A DNA stretch of 64,000 bases. Source: a bacterium (lineage in GTDB: Bacteria; UBA8248). The first letter of the stretch is position 1; the number at the start of each line of letters is the position of its first letter. Below the pieces are notes generated by a model. That model ran no database searches, was not told the DNA's origin, and saw only the letters and a program-made list of their open reading frames with translations. The DNA is taken from positions 3,808,001-3,872,000 of the forward strand of contig OZ242260.1 in assembly GCA_965207065.1 (NCBI GenBank), written 5' to 3'. Shown in pieces: positions 49,581-61,160 of the stretch. A program made the translations under genes and the position numbers.

Positions 49581-51911
49581 ATGATGAGAGTCTCCGTGAC
49601 GAAGAATAAATATGTAGCTTTTTTGAAAACAGATGGGCTTTATTTATCAATCGCAATTTTCTCCTTTGTAATTTTCTGGACGCCATCATCCCCGAGAGCA
49701 CAGCAAAACAGCGTTGCGCAAGTCCAAGCGCCGCCCACTACGTCCACAAAAAGTGACGAGGACCCTCGATCCTCAAGAGAACGTGAAGAATCCATCGCCA
49801 TCACGGCTGATGAGATACGAGAAGACCGGGAGCGGCAGCGGATTATCGGCCGCGGAGCTGCGGACATCCGGTATTTGGGCAAAAGGATCCGGGCGGACCA
49901 TATCGAGGTGCAAACATCCACGCGAGATGGCGTCGCCACCGGTAACATTGTTTTTCAAACTGCGAACGACCGTATTTTAGCCAACCGCATTGAATTCAAT
50001 CTCGATACCGAACGGTTGGTCGTGTTCAACGCGCGCGGCACCATCGGCACCACATATTATGTAACGGGACGAGTGATTCGGCGCCTGTCAGAAAACCGGT
50101 ATGAAGTCCAGGGGGGCACTTTCACCACATGTGAAGGGGAGCTTCCAGACTGGGCTTTCGGTTTCGAGCGGGCGACCTTCGAGGTCGAGGGCTACGCTAA
50201 ACTTGAAGCCCCCACCATGACGGTTAAGGGGGTGCCGGCAACTTTTTTACCCTGGGTTATGGTGCCGATAAAAACGAAAAGAGCCACCGGCTTCCTCCTG
50301 CCGGGCATCGGCTCGAGCAGTCGAAGCGGTTTCCAGTTTTCCCCCTCATTTTTCTGGGCCATCAACGATTCTACGGACGCCACTCTCGGTGTCGATTATT
50401 TCACAAAGCGCGGTACCCGCTATAAAGGAGAGTACCGCTACGCACCGAATCAAAACACCTCGGGACAGATAGCGGGTCGCTACCTGAAAGATAAAATCGA
50501 GCGGTCGACCTTCTGGGACGTCAGAGGCTTCCATCGCACGAATTTCAAGGATAAGGGCGCAAATCTACACGCCGTGGTCGATTTCCAAAAACGACCGCAG
50601 AACGACCGCTCTCTCGAAGACGGTTTGCTGACTCGCACACGCCAGGCTACCGACACCCATGTCACCTTCATGCAAAATCTCCCCCAAATATCCGGACAAC
50701 TCCAACTGGGAATGAGACGACGCGAGGGATTGGGCGAAAACGACGGGCAATTGTTCCAACGAGCTCCGGATATTGTCCTGGGCATCCACAACAAACGTCT
50801 GGGTAAAAGCAATTTTTATTTCAACCTGGATTCCTCCTTCACAAATTTCAGAAAAACGGAGTACGAAAATACGCTCCGCTTGAGCCGGTTTCATGTCGAA
50901 CCATCTTTGTCGCTTCGTTTGGAGACTGTTCCCTGGCTCGGCCTGACGCCCGAAATCGGATTCCGCAGAACCCACTGGACGCACCAAAGAACAGTACCTG
51001 GATTGGGCTCGGACTTCGATGACACGCAACATATAGAATCCGGCCTTTCACGTGAAATGTGGTTTACGAGGCTTCATGCGATTGGCCCGCGATACAGTAA
51101 AGTCTACCCAGGTGAACTAGGCCCCTTCCAGGATTTCAAGCATATCCTCTCGTTTGAAGCGAAATATCTATACAGCCCGAACAACGACTCGTACGACAGA
51201 AGCCTGATCATCCCCTTGGACCCGGTGGACACTCTGCAGCATGAACATGCCGTCGAATACGCCATCGTGAACCGTGTACTGACGAAACTACCCACAAAAG
51301 ACGGGTTCCAGACAAGGCAGTTGTTTCGCTACCGAATCAGCCAGACTTATGATCTCGTCGAAGCGCGAAGGAATGAAGGACTGGACACGAAACCGAAACG
51401 TCCTTTGAGCGACATTACTTTCAGGCTCGAATCACAGCCCTTTTCCAAACTACGTCTGCTGCAACAATTCAAATACAACCCCTACGACCTGGAAATCAGC
51501 GAACACTCCACAGGTGTCTTTCTCGACGGCGGGAAGGAGTGGTATCTCAACGTAGATAGAACCTGGACGCGTCAAAGGGTCAATTATCAGGAAAACGAAG
51601 AAGGTAGTTACCTGAATTTCGCCGGGGGGTTCTCTCTCAACGAGAATCTTTCCTTCGAATATTTTTCGCGTATTAACAAAACGGAAAAGACAACATTGGA
51701 GCAAAGCATAACGGCACGCTACCTCGATTGTTGCTGGGGCATGGAACTCACGATCACCGACACCAAGGATAAAAGCGACGTCTTCCTCGGCTTTAGCCTC
51801 ATCGGTCTGCTCGAAAGCGAGAGGGGCCTGGGTTTCACGAGTAGACCAACTGTTTCACGAAGAGGCGGATTTGGGGCAATCAGCTCATGGGCGTCTTCAT
51901 TTTTTGAGTAA
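49581..51911 (+). CDS. lptD: LPS-assembly protein LptD
   Basis: OstA-like N-domain (ITADEI, IRADHI), FTTC, RATGFLLP and a C-terminal beta-barrel with CCWG. Confidence 0.85.
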   Translation: MMRVSVTKNKYVAFLKTDGLYLSIAIFSFVIFWTPSSPRAQQNSVAQVQAPPTTSTKSDEDPRSSREREESIAITADEIREDRERQRIIGRGAADIRYLGKRIRADHIEVQTSTRDGVATGNIVFQTANDRILANRIEFNLDTERLVVFNARGTIGTTYYVTGRVIRRLSENRYEVQGGTFTTCEGELPDWAFGFERATFEVEGYAKLEAPTMTVKGVPATFLPWVMVPIKTKRATGFLLPGIGSSSRSGFQFSPSFFWAINDSTDATLGVDYFTKRGTRYKGEYRYAPNQNTSGQIAGRYLKDKIERSTFWDVRGFHRTNFKDKGANLHAVVDFQKRPQNDRSLEDGLLTRTRQATDTHVTFMQNLPQISGQLQLGMRRREGLGENDGQLFQRAPDIVLGIHNKRLGKSNFYFNLDSSFTNFRKTEYENTLRLSRFHVEPSLSLRLETVPWLGLTPEIGFRRTHWTHQRTVPGLGSDFDDTQHIESGLSREMWFTRLHAIGPRYSKVYPGELGPFQDFKHILSFEAKYLYSPNNDSYDRSLIIPLDPVDTLQHEHAVEYAIVNRVLTKLPTKDGFQTRQLFRYRISQTYDLVEARRNEGLDTKPKRPLSDITFRLESQPFSKLRLLQQFKYNPYDLEISEHSTGVFLDGGKEWYLNVDRTWTRQRVNYQENEEGSYLNFAGGFSLNENLSFEYFSRINKTEKTTLEQSITARYLDCCWGMELTITDTKDKSDVFLGFSLIGLLESERGLGFTSRPTVSRRGGFGAISSWASSFFE

Positions 51912-51963
51912 AATCGCGCGTTTATTCTCTAATTTTACGTACAACCTGCTTGTTTGATGAAGG

Positions 51964-53307
51964 GTGAGCAGTCCAGTGAACATTTGCGTTATCGGCTGTG
52001 GATATGTCGGGTTGGTCACAGGAGCCGTGTTTGCCGATTTGGGCAACGATGTCATCGGCGTGGATATCGACAAGAGCCGCGTGGATATCCTGAACACGGG
52101 CGACTGCCCCATTCATGAACCCAGACTGCCCGAACTGCTGAAGCGTAACTTAAGTGAGGGCAGGCTCACGTTCACCACCTCGATACCCGAAGCCGTTTCG
52201 GAGAGTGAGATCATTTTCATTTGCGTGGGCACCCCAACTGCAGAGGATGGCGGCACCGATCTCTCGCAAGTAGAAGCGGCTGCCGCGGATATCGCCCGCT
52301 CGGTGCATGATTACAAGATCATCGTCAACAAAAGCACCGTGCCCGTCGGCACTGGGGATTTCGTTCGTGAGGTCATCGAAAAAAATGGCGTCGCCCCGAC
52401 AGATTTCGACGTAGTATGCAATCCGGAATTCCTGCGCGAAGGGCAAGCAGTGCGGGATACGCTCCAGCCGGAACGTATCGTCATCGGCTCATCATCTGAG
52501 AAAGCGGCGGAAATCGTCCAGCTTCTATATCAGGCCCTGAACGCACCTTGCATCATCACGGACACGCAAAGCGCCGAGTTAATCAAATATGCTTCGAACG
52601 CGTTTTTGGCGACGAAAATTACTTTCATCAACGCGGTGGCAAACCTTTGCGAGAAGACACAGGCGGACATCCGCGAAGTGGCAAAAGGAGTTGGCGCGGA
52701 CTCGCGGATTGGCCACGACTTTCTGGGTGCAGGACTGGGCTATGGCGGTTCCTGCTTTCCCAAAGACGTGGACGCCCTATTGCACGCCTCTAGAAGGCTT
52801 GGCGTTGAAATGTCGATTTTAGAAGCCGTACGAGCGGAAAACGACAGTCGGGTGCCACGTTTCGTGCAAAGAATCATCGAGAGACTCGGTGAGAAACATT
52901 CCCTGCCGCTCGAGGGGCAAACCATCGGCCTTTTGGGGCTATCGTTCAAGCCTGACACGGATGACATGCGAGAGGCGAAAAGCATCGAGATTTGTTACGC
53001 GCTCCGCAAAGCTGGCGCCAGGCTGCGCGCATACGACCCCATTGCCACCGCAAACGCCAGACGGATTGTTGGCAATGAGAGCATCGAATACTGCCAAAGC
53101 CCCTACGAGGCGGCGAAAGGAACAAGCGGAATTGTTATCGTCACCGAGTGGCGCGAATTTATTCAGTTGAATCTGAATCGCCTGAAATCAGAGATGGTGG
53201 AGCCAATTATATTCGACGGCCGAAACATATACTCTTCTGAGCAAGTAACAGATGCTGGCTTTGAATATTTCAGCATCGGGAAAACACCGGCTAATCCTCG
53301 AGAATGA
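51964..53307 (+). CDS. ugd: UDP-glucose 6-dehydrogenase
   Basis: [33 protein letters not shown] and FKPDTDDMR motifs. Confidence 0.95.
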   Translation: MSSPVNICVIGCGYVGLVTGAVFADLGNDVIGVDIDKSRVDILNTGDCPIHEPRLPELLKRNLSEGRLTFTTSIPEAVSESEIIFICVGTPTAEDGGTDLSQVEAAAADIARSVHDYKIIVNKSTVPVGTGDFVREVIEKNGVAPTDFDVVCNPEFLREGQAVRDTLQPERIVIGSSSEKAAEIVQLLYQALNAPCIITDTQSAELIKYASNAFLATKITFINAVANLCEKTQADIREVAKGVGADSRIGHDFLGAGLGYGGSCFPKDVDALLHASRRLGVEMSILEAVRAENDSRVPRFVQRIIERLGEKHSLPLEGQTIGLLGLSFKPDTDDMREAKSIEICYALRKAGARLRAYDPIATANARRIVGNESIEYCQSPYEAAKGTSGIVIVTEWREFIQLNLNRLKSEMVEPIIFDGRNIYSSEQVTDAGFEYFSIGKTPANPRE

Positions 53308-54260
53308 AAAACTCTCGCGTTGTGGTTACAGGTGGAGCGGGCTTCATCGGATCCCATTTGTGCGACAAACTCATCGCTCTGGGCAACGATGTCGTTTGCG
53401 TCGACAATTTCCTTACCGGAAACCTCTCCAACATCGCACACCTCCTCGAAAACGAACATCCGAATTTTGCTCTCATTAAACACAACGTTAGCGAACATAT
53501 TTACGTCGAGGGAAACGTGGACGCGGTTTTTCATCTCGCAAGTCCGGCAAGCCCGAATGACTATTTGAAGTTTCCCATCCAAACACTAAAGGTCGGCTCC
53601 CTCGGCACACACAATGCCCTTGGGCTTGCAAAAGAGAAACAAGCGCGCTTTTTGCTGGCATCCACCTCGGAAGTATATGGCGACCCCCAGATTCATCCGC
53701 AGCACGAGGAATATTGGGGCCACGTAAACCCCATAGGTCCGCGCGGCGTATATGACGAAGCCAAGAGATTCTCAGAAGCCATGACCATGGCCTATCATCG
53801 AACGCATGGCCTCAACGCGCACATAGCTCGCATCTTCAATACTTATGGTCCGAGAATGCGAATCGCAGACGGACGCGCCATACCCGCCTTCATCACGCAA
53901 TCCATACGGAACGAACCCATCAGCGTTTTTGGCGATGGCAAGCAGACGCGAAGTTTTTGTTTCATCACCGATCTCATCAATGGACTAATCAAGCTGATGG
54001 ACAGTGAAATTCATGAACCCATCAACCTCGGAAATCCTTCCGAGATGACGATTCTCGACCTCGCGGAGAAAATCATCGCACTCGCGGGCACAGACTCAAA
54101 CATTCAGCATGAACCACTGCCCGTAGATGATCCGAAGATTCGCCAACCTGACATCACGAAAGCGGAAAAACATCTTGCTTGGGAGCCAGCGATTTCCATT
54201 GAGGAGGGTCTCCTAGTCACAATAGATGACTTCAGGGAACGATTAAACATCAACCCTTGA
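53304..54260 (+). CDS. UDP-glucuronate decarboxylase (UDP-xylose synthase family SDR)
   Basis: [32 protein letters not shown] and [10 protein letters not shown] motifs. Confidence 0.9.
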   Translation: MKNSRVVVTGGAGFIGSHLCDKLIALGNDVVCVDNFLTGNLSNIAHLLENEHPNFALIKHNVSEHIYVEGNVDAVFHLASPASPNDYLKFPIQTLKVGSLGTHNALGLAKEKQARFLLASTSEVYGDPQIHPQHEEYWGHVNPIGPRGVYDEAKRFSEAMTMAYHRTHGLNAHIARIFNTYGPRMRIADGRAIPAFITQSIRNEPISVFGDGKQTRSFCFITDLINGLIKLMDSEIHEPINLGNPSEMTILDLAEKIIALAGTDSNIQHEPLPVDDPKIRQPDITKAEKHLAWEPAISIEEGLLVTIDDFRERLNINP

Positions 54261-54298
54261 AATACAGCACGTGGATCGGCTAGATTGCAGGGCACTGG

Positions 54299-54928
54299 GT
54301 GGATTCCCTGTTCCACCCTCCTTACCGCCCCAATACTCAGAGGCATCCTTTGGGATCATCGGCAAAGGAATTCCTGGCCGAACGCGCCGTGAAATATGAA
54401 TCGCTTGCCACGAGCGACTACCCCCGGGACGTAGACTATATCTGCAGCGTCATCGTCGAATGCCTGGAATCTGAAAGGAAAATTATCGCCTTCGGCAACG
54501 GAGGGAGCGCCGCGCTCGCCATGCACTTCACGGGTGAACTCGTAGGCCGCTTTCTGGCTGATCGCGCTCCTCTGCCCGCTATCTGCCTCAGCGGCGATAC
54601 AAGCGCCCTCACCGCCATCGGGAACGACTACGCATATGAGGAAATTTTTGCGCGGCAAGTTCAGGCGCACGGACGAATGGGAGACGTCGCCCTGGGTCTG
54701 AGCACGAGCGGCAAGTCAGCCAATGTCGTCAACGCTATCAAACGAGCCGACGCCCTTGGATTAATTGGCATCGCGATGACCGGCGGGGGTGGTGGCCCAG
54801 CCTCCCAGGCTGCGAAACATTCAGTGAATGTGCCCTCGAATGACACCGGGTTCATACAGGAAGCCCATGAAGCCGCTCTTCATTATATCTGCCACCGCAT
54901 TGATGAGGTTTTCACCAAGGACCCGTAA
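54299..54928 (+). CDS. gmhA: Phosphoheptose isomerase (SIS domain); start uncertain
   Basis: FGNGGSAA, TAIGNDY, STSGKS and IQEAH motifs. Confidence 0.88.
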   Translation: MDSLFHPPYRPNTQRHPLGSSAKEFLAERAVKYESLATSDYPRDVDYICSVIVECLESERKIIAFGNGGSAALAMHFTGELVGRFLADRAPLPAICLSGDTSALTAIGNDYAYEEIFARQVQAHGRMGDVALGLSTSGKSANVVNAIKRADALGLIGIAMTGGGGGPASQAAKHSVNVPSNDTGFIQEAHEAALHYICHRIDEVFTKDP

Positions 54929-54981
54929 TAACGAAAAATCGCCCTCAATGGCTGAGTGTAAATTACGACGGGACGCGAAAC

Positions 54982-55776
54982 ATGGAAATTGGAATTTTAG
55001 GGAGCGGTAGTCGGGGAAACGCCGCTTTGGTTCGCTCAAACGGCGCGACGTTTCTCGTCGATGCGGGCCTCAGCGCACGGCAAATCACAAAACGACTCGA
55101 AACTTATGGCCTTAGCCCGCAGGACCTGATGGCCATCGTGCTAACGCATGAACACATTGATCACATCAGAAGCGCGGGCACTTTGGCGAGAAGGTGGAAT
55201 CTACCCCTTTGGACAAACAAAGCCACATACACGGCGAGCCTGGAAACAATAGGCGAAACCCCTGCGTGGACGGAAATTGAAGTGGGGCTCCCCTTTCAAC
55301 TTGGTAGTATTAAAGTGGAGCCTTTCAGCACACCCCATGACGCAGCCGATCCCTTCGGGATGATATTGAACGCCGAAGACGGGCGACGAGTCGGCTTCGC
55401 CACCGACATGGGATTCGCCACGAATCTGGCGCGCCAGCGGCTTCAGGGGCTTCAAGGACTTGTCCTGGAATTCAATCATGACGTGGAAATGCTCATCAAC
55501 GGCCCCTACCCCTGGCCGATCAAACAGAGGATTCGAGGAAAACTCGGACACCTCAGCAACGAGGAAGCTGCGAATCTGCTCAAGAATATCGTTACAGCCG
55601 ACTTCGAGTGGCTCATCTGCGCTCATATCTCACTAGAGAACAACGAGAACCAGCTTATTCTGGAGACGGCTCGAAAAGCGTTGAACGGCCACGGCCGGAG
55701 AAATCTCCTGAGCGCCTCCCAGGATGAACCGACACCCATTATGGGCGCCGGTGGAATAACGGAGGGTCTTCCTTGA
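54982..55776 (+). CDS. MBL-fold metallo-hydrolase (YycJ/WalJ-like)
   Basis: GSGSRGN, DAG, THEHIDH, PHDA, EFNHD and GHLSN motifs. Confidence 0.88.
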   Translation: MEIGILGSGSRGNAALVRSNGATFLVDAGLSARQITKRLETYGLSPQDLMAIVLTHEHIDHIRSAGTLARRWNLPLWTNKATYTASLETIGETPAWTEIEVGLPFQLGSIKVEPFSTPHDAADPFGMILNAEDGRRVGFATDMGFATNLARQRLQGLQGLVLEFNHDVEMLINGPYPWPIKQRIRGKLGHLSNEEAANLLKNIVTADFEWLICAHISLENNENQLILETARKALNGHGRRNLLSASQDEPTPIMGAGGITEGLP

Positions 55777-57080
55777 TTCCGAGATATACACGCCCCGAAA
55801 TGGCGAAAATATGGGAAGAACGGGAAAAGCTGCAACGCATGCTCGACGTGGAGATAGCCGTTTGTGAGGAAATGAGCGCTCGTGGCGAAATTCCTGAGGA
55901 GGCGCTTGAGGAAATCAAGTCGAAGGCAGCTTTCGAACCCGAGCGAATCAAAGATATCGAGCGCGTCACCAAGCACGACGTCATCGCCTTTCTCACCAAC
56001 GTAGCGGAGCATGTAGGGCCATCCTCGCGCTACATCCACCTCGGCATGACGAGCAGCGACGTCCTCGATACCGGCCTTGCGCTTCAGCTCATTTCTGCGG
56101 CCGACATCATTCTCGATGATATTCAGGAACTCAAAAAGACACTGAAAGAACGGGCTCTGGAGCAAAAACGCACCATCATATCGGGCAGAACCCACGGGAT
56201 GCACGCCGAGCCGACCACCTTGGGCCTCAAAATTGCCACCTGGTACACCGAGTTCGAGCGCGCATACGAGCGAATGCAACGCGCGCGAGAAGCCGTTCGT
56301 GTCGGCCAGATATCAGGCGCCGTAGGCGCGTGTCCCCACATCCCGCCGGATGCCGAAAAGGCCATCTGCGAGCGCCTGGGACTCAAGGTGGACCGCGTGA
56401 GCAGCCAAATCATCCAGCGCGACCGCCATGCGGAGTACCACCTTGCTCTAGCTCTCGTGGCGGCGAGCATCTCCCGCGTGGCGACTGAGGTGCGCCACCT
56501 GCAAAGGAACGAAGTGGGCGAGGCGGAAGAGTTCTTCAGCAAGGGCCAGAAAGGAAGCTCCGCCATGCCCCACAAGAGAAACCCCGTAGTTTCGGAACAA
56601 CTGTGCGGCCTTGCCCGCGTAGTGCAGGGGAACGCCACGGCGGCTCTGCAGAACGTCCCTCTATGGCACGAACGCGATATATCCCATTCATCCGTGGAAC
56701 GCGTCATATTGCCGGACAGCACGATTCTCGTGGATTACATGCTGGTCAAACTTAACGATTTGATGAAGAACTGGGTCGTGTATCCCGACAAAATGCTGGA
56801 AAACCTCGCGCGCTCGAAAGGATTGCTCCTCAGTGAGCACGTCATGCTCGCCCTGATACGAAAAACGGGCATCACACGGGAAGAAGCCTACGCGCGAGTT
56901 CAGGCTCCCGCCATGGAAATTTGGGCAGAGGGAGGCGATTTTCAGGCGAAACTGGCGGCGAACCCGGAAGTGGGGGGCGTGTTGGGTAAAGAGGAACTCG
57001 CGCATTGCTTTGACATGGACGCCCACCTGAAAAATCTGGACCGGATTTTCGAGCGTGTCTTCGATTCCGAAGGAGACTGA
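55773..57080 (+). CDS. purB: Adenylosuccinate lyase
   Basis: MIPRY, HDVIAF, GRTHG and GSSAMPHKRNP motifs. Confidence 0.97.
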   Translation: MIPRYTRPEMAKIWEEREKLQRMLDVEIAVCEEMSARGEIPEEALEEIKSKAAFEPERIKDIERVTKHDVIAFLTNVAEHVGPSSRYIHLGMTSSDVLDTGLALQLISAADIILDDIQELKKTLKERALEQKRTIISGRTHGMHAEPTTLGLKIATWYTEFERAYERMQRAREAVRVGQISGAVGACPHIPPDAEKAICERLGLKVDRVSSQIIQRDRHAEYHLALALVAASISRVATEVRHLQRNEVGEAEEFFSKGQKGSSAMPHKRNPVVSEQLCGLARVVQGNATAALQNVPLWHERDISHSSVERVILPDSTILVDYMLVKLNDLMKNWVVYPDKMLENLARSKGLLLSEHVMLALIRKTGITREEAYARVQAPAMEIWAEGGDFQAKLAANPEVGGVLGKEELAHCFDMDAHLKNLDRIFERVFDSEGD

Positions 57081-57233
57081 AACTGAATACGCGGGGTGAC
57101 AAACATCGGCTCGGTTATGTTAGGATAGCACCTCTTTACCGCCCGGAATGGTCGTTTTCAACCCATTCAAATGATGGAATAACCCCCTGAGACGAAGGCT
57201 CGAATTCAGCGACCCTCGTATGGAGAATTGTTC

Positions 57234-57947
57234 ATGGAACGCGGCAGACATGTTTACGAAGGCAAGGCCAAAATCATCTACGAGACCGACAACCCGGACT
57301 ATTATATCCAGTTCTTCAAAGACGATGCGTCCGCCTTTAATGCCAAGAAACTGGGCACCATCGAGGCGAAAGGGGTTTTCAACAACTCCATCTCATCTCG
57401 CCTGCTGCAAGAGGTAGAGCGCCAGGGCATTCCCACGCATTTCGTGGAAAAACTCTCCGATCGGGAGATGCTGGTGAAGAAACTCGACATCATCCTGGTC
57501 GAGGTTGTGCTGAGAAATATCATCGCGGGAAGTCTGGCCAAAAGAATGGGCGTGGAAGAAGGCGCGCGTCTTCCGAACACAATCGTCGATCTACATCTGA
57601 AAAACGATGAGCTCGACGATCCGCTCATCAACGAAGACACCGCCGTGGCCTTCGGCTTGGCGACACGAGAAGAACTCGCCCAGATGCGTGAATACGCCTT
57701 CCAAGTGAACGACATCCTCACCGCGTTCTTCTCCGAGCGAAATATTGACCTCGTGGATTTCAAGCTCGAATTCGGACGCTGCGCAGCCGAGGACGGCAAG
57801 CTGCTCCTGGGCGATGAAATCACCCCGGACGGTTGCCGATTCTGGGAAAAGGGTACGGGCCGAAAACTGGATAAGGACCGCTTCCGCAGGGATTTAGGAC
57901 AGGTCGAAGACGCATACGCCGAAGTCGAAAAACTCGTTATAGAATAA
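57234..57947 (+). CDS. purC: SAICAR synthetase
   Basis: YEGKAK, LVDFKLEFG, DEITPD and DKDRFR motifs. Confidence 0.97.
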   Translation: MERGRHVYEGKAKIIYETDNPDYYIQFFKDDASAFNAKKLGTIEAKGVFNNSISSRLLQEVERQGIPTHFVEKLSDREMLVKKLDIILVEVVLRNIIAGSLAKRMGVEEGARLPNTIVDLHLKNDELDDPLINEDTAVAFGLATREELAQMREYAFQVNDILTAFFSERNIDLVDFKLEFGRCAAEDGKLLLGDEITPDGCRFWEKGTGRKLDKDRFRRDLGQVEDAYAEVEKLVIE

Positions 57948-57966
57948 CTTTCGCCCTGAGGTGGTT

Positions 57967-58230
57967 ATGCCGAAAGCCCTCGTCTACGTGACATACAAAG
58001 CGGGCGTACTCGACCCCCAGGGGGAAGCCGTCCGGGGAGCGCTCTCCTCTCTCGGATTCAAAGGAGTGAACGACGTGCGCGTAGGGAAATACATAGAGAT
58101 AGAGATCGATGACACGGGCAACATTCATGACGATCTGGAGAGAATGTGCCACGACCTGCTCGCCAACCCCGTAATCGAAGACTATCGTATCGAAATGGCG
58201 GATGAATCCACGAACGGCGAGAGACAATAA
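57967..58230 (+). CDS. purS: FGAM synthase subunit PurS
   Basis: VLDPQG, VRVGK and [10 protein letters not shown] motifs. Confidence 0.96.
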   Translation: MPKALVYVTYKAGVLDPQGEAVRGALSSLGFKGVNDVRVGKYIEIEIDDTGNIHDDLERMCHDLLANPVIEDYRIEMADESTNGERQ

Positions 58231-58925
58231 TGCAGTTCGCCGTCATCGTCTTTCCCGGATCAAATTGCGATCACGACTGCTACCATGCCATCAAGGACGT
58301 CCTCAAGCAGCCGGTGCGTTTCGTCTGGCACAAGGAAACCTCCCTGGGAGACACGGAGGTAGCTATACTCCCCGGAGGTTTCAGTTATGGGGATTATCTG
58401 AGAGCCGGCGCCATATCGCGTTTCTCACCTATCATGAATGCTGTCTCGGCGCATGCCCGGGAAGGGCGTCCCCTGCTCGGCATATGCAACGGCTTTCAGT
58501 GTCTGACTGAATCGGGCCTCCTGCCCGGCGCCTTGAGGCGAAATGAGTCGCTTCGCTTCGTTTGTGACGAGGTTTGGCTCAAATGCGAAACCCCGAGAAC
58601 CCCCTTCACCTGCGGCATCGAGCCGGAAGAAATCCTCAAAATGACCATCGCACACGGCGAGGGAAACTACTATTGCGATTCTGAGACGCTCGCCGAACTC
58701 GAAGACAACGACCAAATCGTTTTTCGCTACACCGACGCGGAGGGTGACGTGAACCCCGAAGCGAATCCCAACGGATCGATGAATAATATCGCGGGTATAT
58801 CCAATCTAGCGGGTAACGTAGTAGGCCTGATGCCACATCCCGAGCGCAGTTGCGATTCCCAGCTGGGCGGTGAGGACGGGCTCAAGATGTTCATGTCCGT
58901 TCTGCGGATGGTGGCCTCGTCGTGA
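58230..58925 (+). CDS. purQ: FGAM synthase glutaminase subunit PurQ
   Basis: [24 protein letters not shown] and MPHPER motifs. Confidence 0.97.
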   Translation: MQFAVIVFPGSNCDHDCYHAIKDVLKQPVRFVWHKETSLGDTEVAILPGGFSYGDYLRAGAISRFSPIMNAVSAHAREGRPLLGICNGFQCLTESGLLPGALRRNESLRFVCDEVWLKCETPRTPFTCGIEPEEILKMTIAHGEGNYYCDSETLAELEDNDQIVFRYTDAEGDVNPEANPNGSMNNIAGISNLAGNVVGLMPHPERSCDSQLGGEDGLKMFMSVLRMVASS

Positions 58926-61159
58926 TCACGACAGACACACTCGCCACGAGGGAGATGGCCCTCGACCATGGCCTTTCCGCGGATGAGTGGGAAAAGATAA
59001 CGGAAACCCTGGGGCGCAAACCCAACGTTACGGAACTCGGCGTATTCTCCGCCATGTGGAATGAGCACTGCTCGTATAAAAGCAGCCGCATCCACCTGAA
59101 AAAGTTTCCCACACAAGGCCCCCACGTCCTTCAAGGACCCGGAGAAAACGCGGGCGTCGTCGACTTAGGTGAAGGACTAGCCGTCGCATTCAAGATGGAG
59201 AGCCACAATCACCCCTCTTTCATCGAGCCCTACCAAGGCGCAGCCACCGGAGTGGGCGGCATTTTGAGGGATATCTTCACGATGGGCGCGCGGCCCATCG
59301 CATTGCTCGACAGCCTGCGTTTCGGAGCGCCGGAACATCCCCGCACGCCCTATCTCGTCGGGGGTGTCGTGGGCGGCATCGCAGGTTACGGGAATTGCAT
59401 CGGCGTTCCAACGGTGGGTGGAGAAACGAAATTTCATCCCTGCTACAACGGGAACATTCTGGTGAACGTCATGTGCGCGGGCATCATGCGCTCAGACGCG
59501 ATATTCCGGGGCACGGCTTCTGGCGTCGGAAACCCGGTCATCTACGTCGGCGCGCCCACCGGGCGAGACGGAATTCACGGCGCTTCCATGGCGTCGGCGG
59601 GTTTCGATGATACCGCTCTGGAAAAGAGACCCACCGTTCAGGTGGGAGATCCGTTCCGGGAAAAACTCCTGCTCGAGGCGTGCCTGGAATTGATGAAGCG
59701 CGGCTCCGTGGTCGGCATCCAGGATATGGGAGCCGCCGGCCTCACCTCCTCTTCCGTCGAAATGGCGGGCCGCGCAGGTACCGGCCTTCTGCTTCGCCTG
59801 GATGCGGTGCCTTGCCGGGAAGAGGCAATGACGCCTTATGAGATGATGCTCTCGGAAAGCCAGGAGCGGATGCTGCTGGTAGCTGAGAAAGGCAGAGAAT
59901 CCGAGGTACGGGAAATATTCGAACGGTGGGATTTGCCGGTGTCCGTTGTGGGGGAAGTAACCCGGGACGGGAGGCTTCGCGCAACCTTCTGTGGGGATGA
60001 AGTCGCCGATCTGCCCGTATCTTCGCTGACGGATGACGCGCCTTCCTATGACCGCTCAAGAAAACCAGAACGCAGGCTCCCACTCGAAGAGCCCTTAAAC
60101 AAACTGCCGGAGCCGAAAGATTTAGGGGCCACCCTGCTCAAGATGCTGGCTCACCCCAACCATGGGGACAAAAAGCCGATATGGCGTCAGTATGACTACA
60201 AGGTTCGCACGAACACGATGACACCTCCGGGCGGAGACGCCGCCGTCATCCGAATAAAGGGCACGAACAAGGCAATGGCCCTCACGACGGATGGGAACGC
60301 ACGATACAGCATGCTCGATCCCTACAAAGGGGGGATGCTGGCCGTGGCGGAAGCCGCGCGAAACATCTGCTGCGTAGGCGCAAAACCGCTCGCGATTACG
60401 AATTGCCTCAACTTCGGCAATCCGGAGCGCCCCGCCGTCATGTCCCAATTCTCCTCCTCGATTGAGGGCATGGCGCAAGCGTGCCGTTCTCTGGGCTTGC
60501 CCGTGGTGAGCGGTAACGTGAGCTTCTACAACGAAACGCACCAAGTCGATATCTACCCCACCCCGATCATCGGCATGGTGGGTCTGCTCGAAGACACCCA
60601 AAAAAGAGCAGGCCATGGATTCGTCTCGGAGGATGACGTCATCGCTCTGATTCACCCCAAAGACGAAGCGCCATTGCCGCATGCATGCGCCCATGAGTAC
60701 GTTTGGGTGGAAACAGGGGAAGAAGGAGGCGACGCACCGGAGATTTCGCTGGATGCGGAAAAGGCCGTGCAGGCGGCTTGCAGGCGCGGCATCGAATCAG
60801 ATCTGTTGCGGTCCGCACACGATCTTTCCGAAGGCGGTTTGGGAATCGCTTTGGCCGAATCCGCGCTCGCATCGCCAAAAAGCAGCCTTGGAGCCGAGTT
60901 GCGGCTTCCCGAGCAGGAGGGCAGGCTCGACGGCTTATTATATGGCGAAGCCGCATCGCGTATTCTGGTGAGCGTATCTCCTCAGTCGGTGAGCGCTCTG
61001 CGAGAGACCGTACAAAGTTGCGGTGCGGAACTAACGCACATCGGTCGCGTGCAGGAGAGTGCTTTCGTCGTCAAAACAACCGATAATGCCCCCCTCATTA
61101 ACCTGGCCATGCCCGAAATCGTGGCGGCATGGTCGAACGCCCTCTCCGAGGTGCTGTGA
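58922..61159 (+). CDS. purL: FGAM synthase subunit PurL
   Basis: [33 protein letters not shown] and NCLNFGNPE motifs. Confidence 0.97.
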   Translation: MITTDTLATREMALDHGLSADEWEKITETLGRKPNVTELGVFSAMWNEHCSYKSSRIHLKKFPTQGPHVLQGPGENAGVVDLGEGLAVAFKMESHNHPSFIEPYQGAATGVGGILRDIFTMGARPIALLDSLRFGAPEHPRTPYLVGGVVGGIAGYGNCIGVPTVGGETKFHPCYNGNILVNVMCAGIMRSDAIFRGTASGVGNPVIYVGAPTGRDGIHGASMASAGFDDTALEKRPTVQVGDPFREKLLLEACLELMKRGSVVGIQDMGAAGLTSSSVEMAGRAGTGLLLRLDAVPCREEAMTPYEMMLSESQERMLLVAEKGRESEVREIFERWDLPVSVVGEVTRDGRLRATFCGDEVADLPVSSLTDDAPSYDRSRKPERRLPLEEPLNKLPEPKDLGATLLKMLAHPNHGDKKPIWRQYDYKVRTNTMTPPGGDAAVIRIKGTNKAMALTTDGNARYSMLDPYKGGMLAVAEAARNICCVGAKPLAITNCLNFGNPERPAVMSQFSSSIEGMAQACRSLGLPVVSGNVSFYNETHQVDIYPTPIIGMVGLLEDTQKRAGHGFVSEDDVIALIHPKDEAPLPHACAHEYVWVETGEEGGDAPEISLDAEKAVQAACRRGIESDLLRSAHDLSEGGLGIALAESALASPKSSLGAELRLPEQEGRLDGLLYGEAASRILVSVSPQSVSALRETVQSCGAELTHIGRVQESAFVVKTTDNAPLINLAMPEIVAAWSNALSEVL

Positions 61160-61160
61160 G

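Noticed and set aside
57081-57233. Purine-related riboswitch upstream of purC
   Set aside because: No recognisable purine, ZTP or PRPP aptamer. Only a possible extended -10 (TGtTAGGAT) and a weak hairpin.
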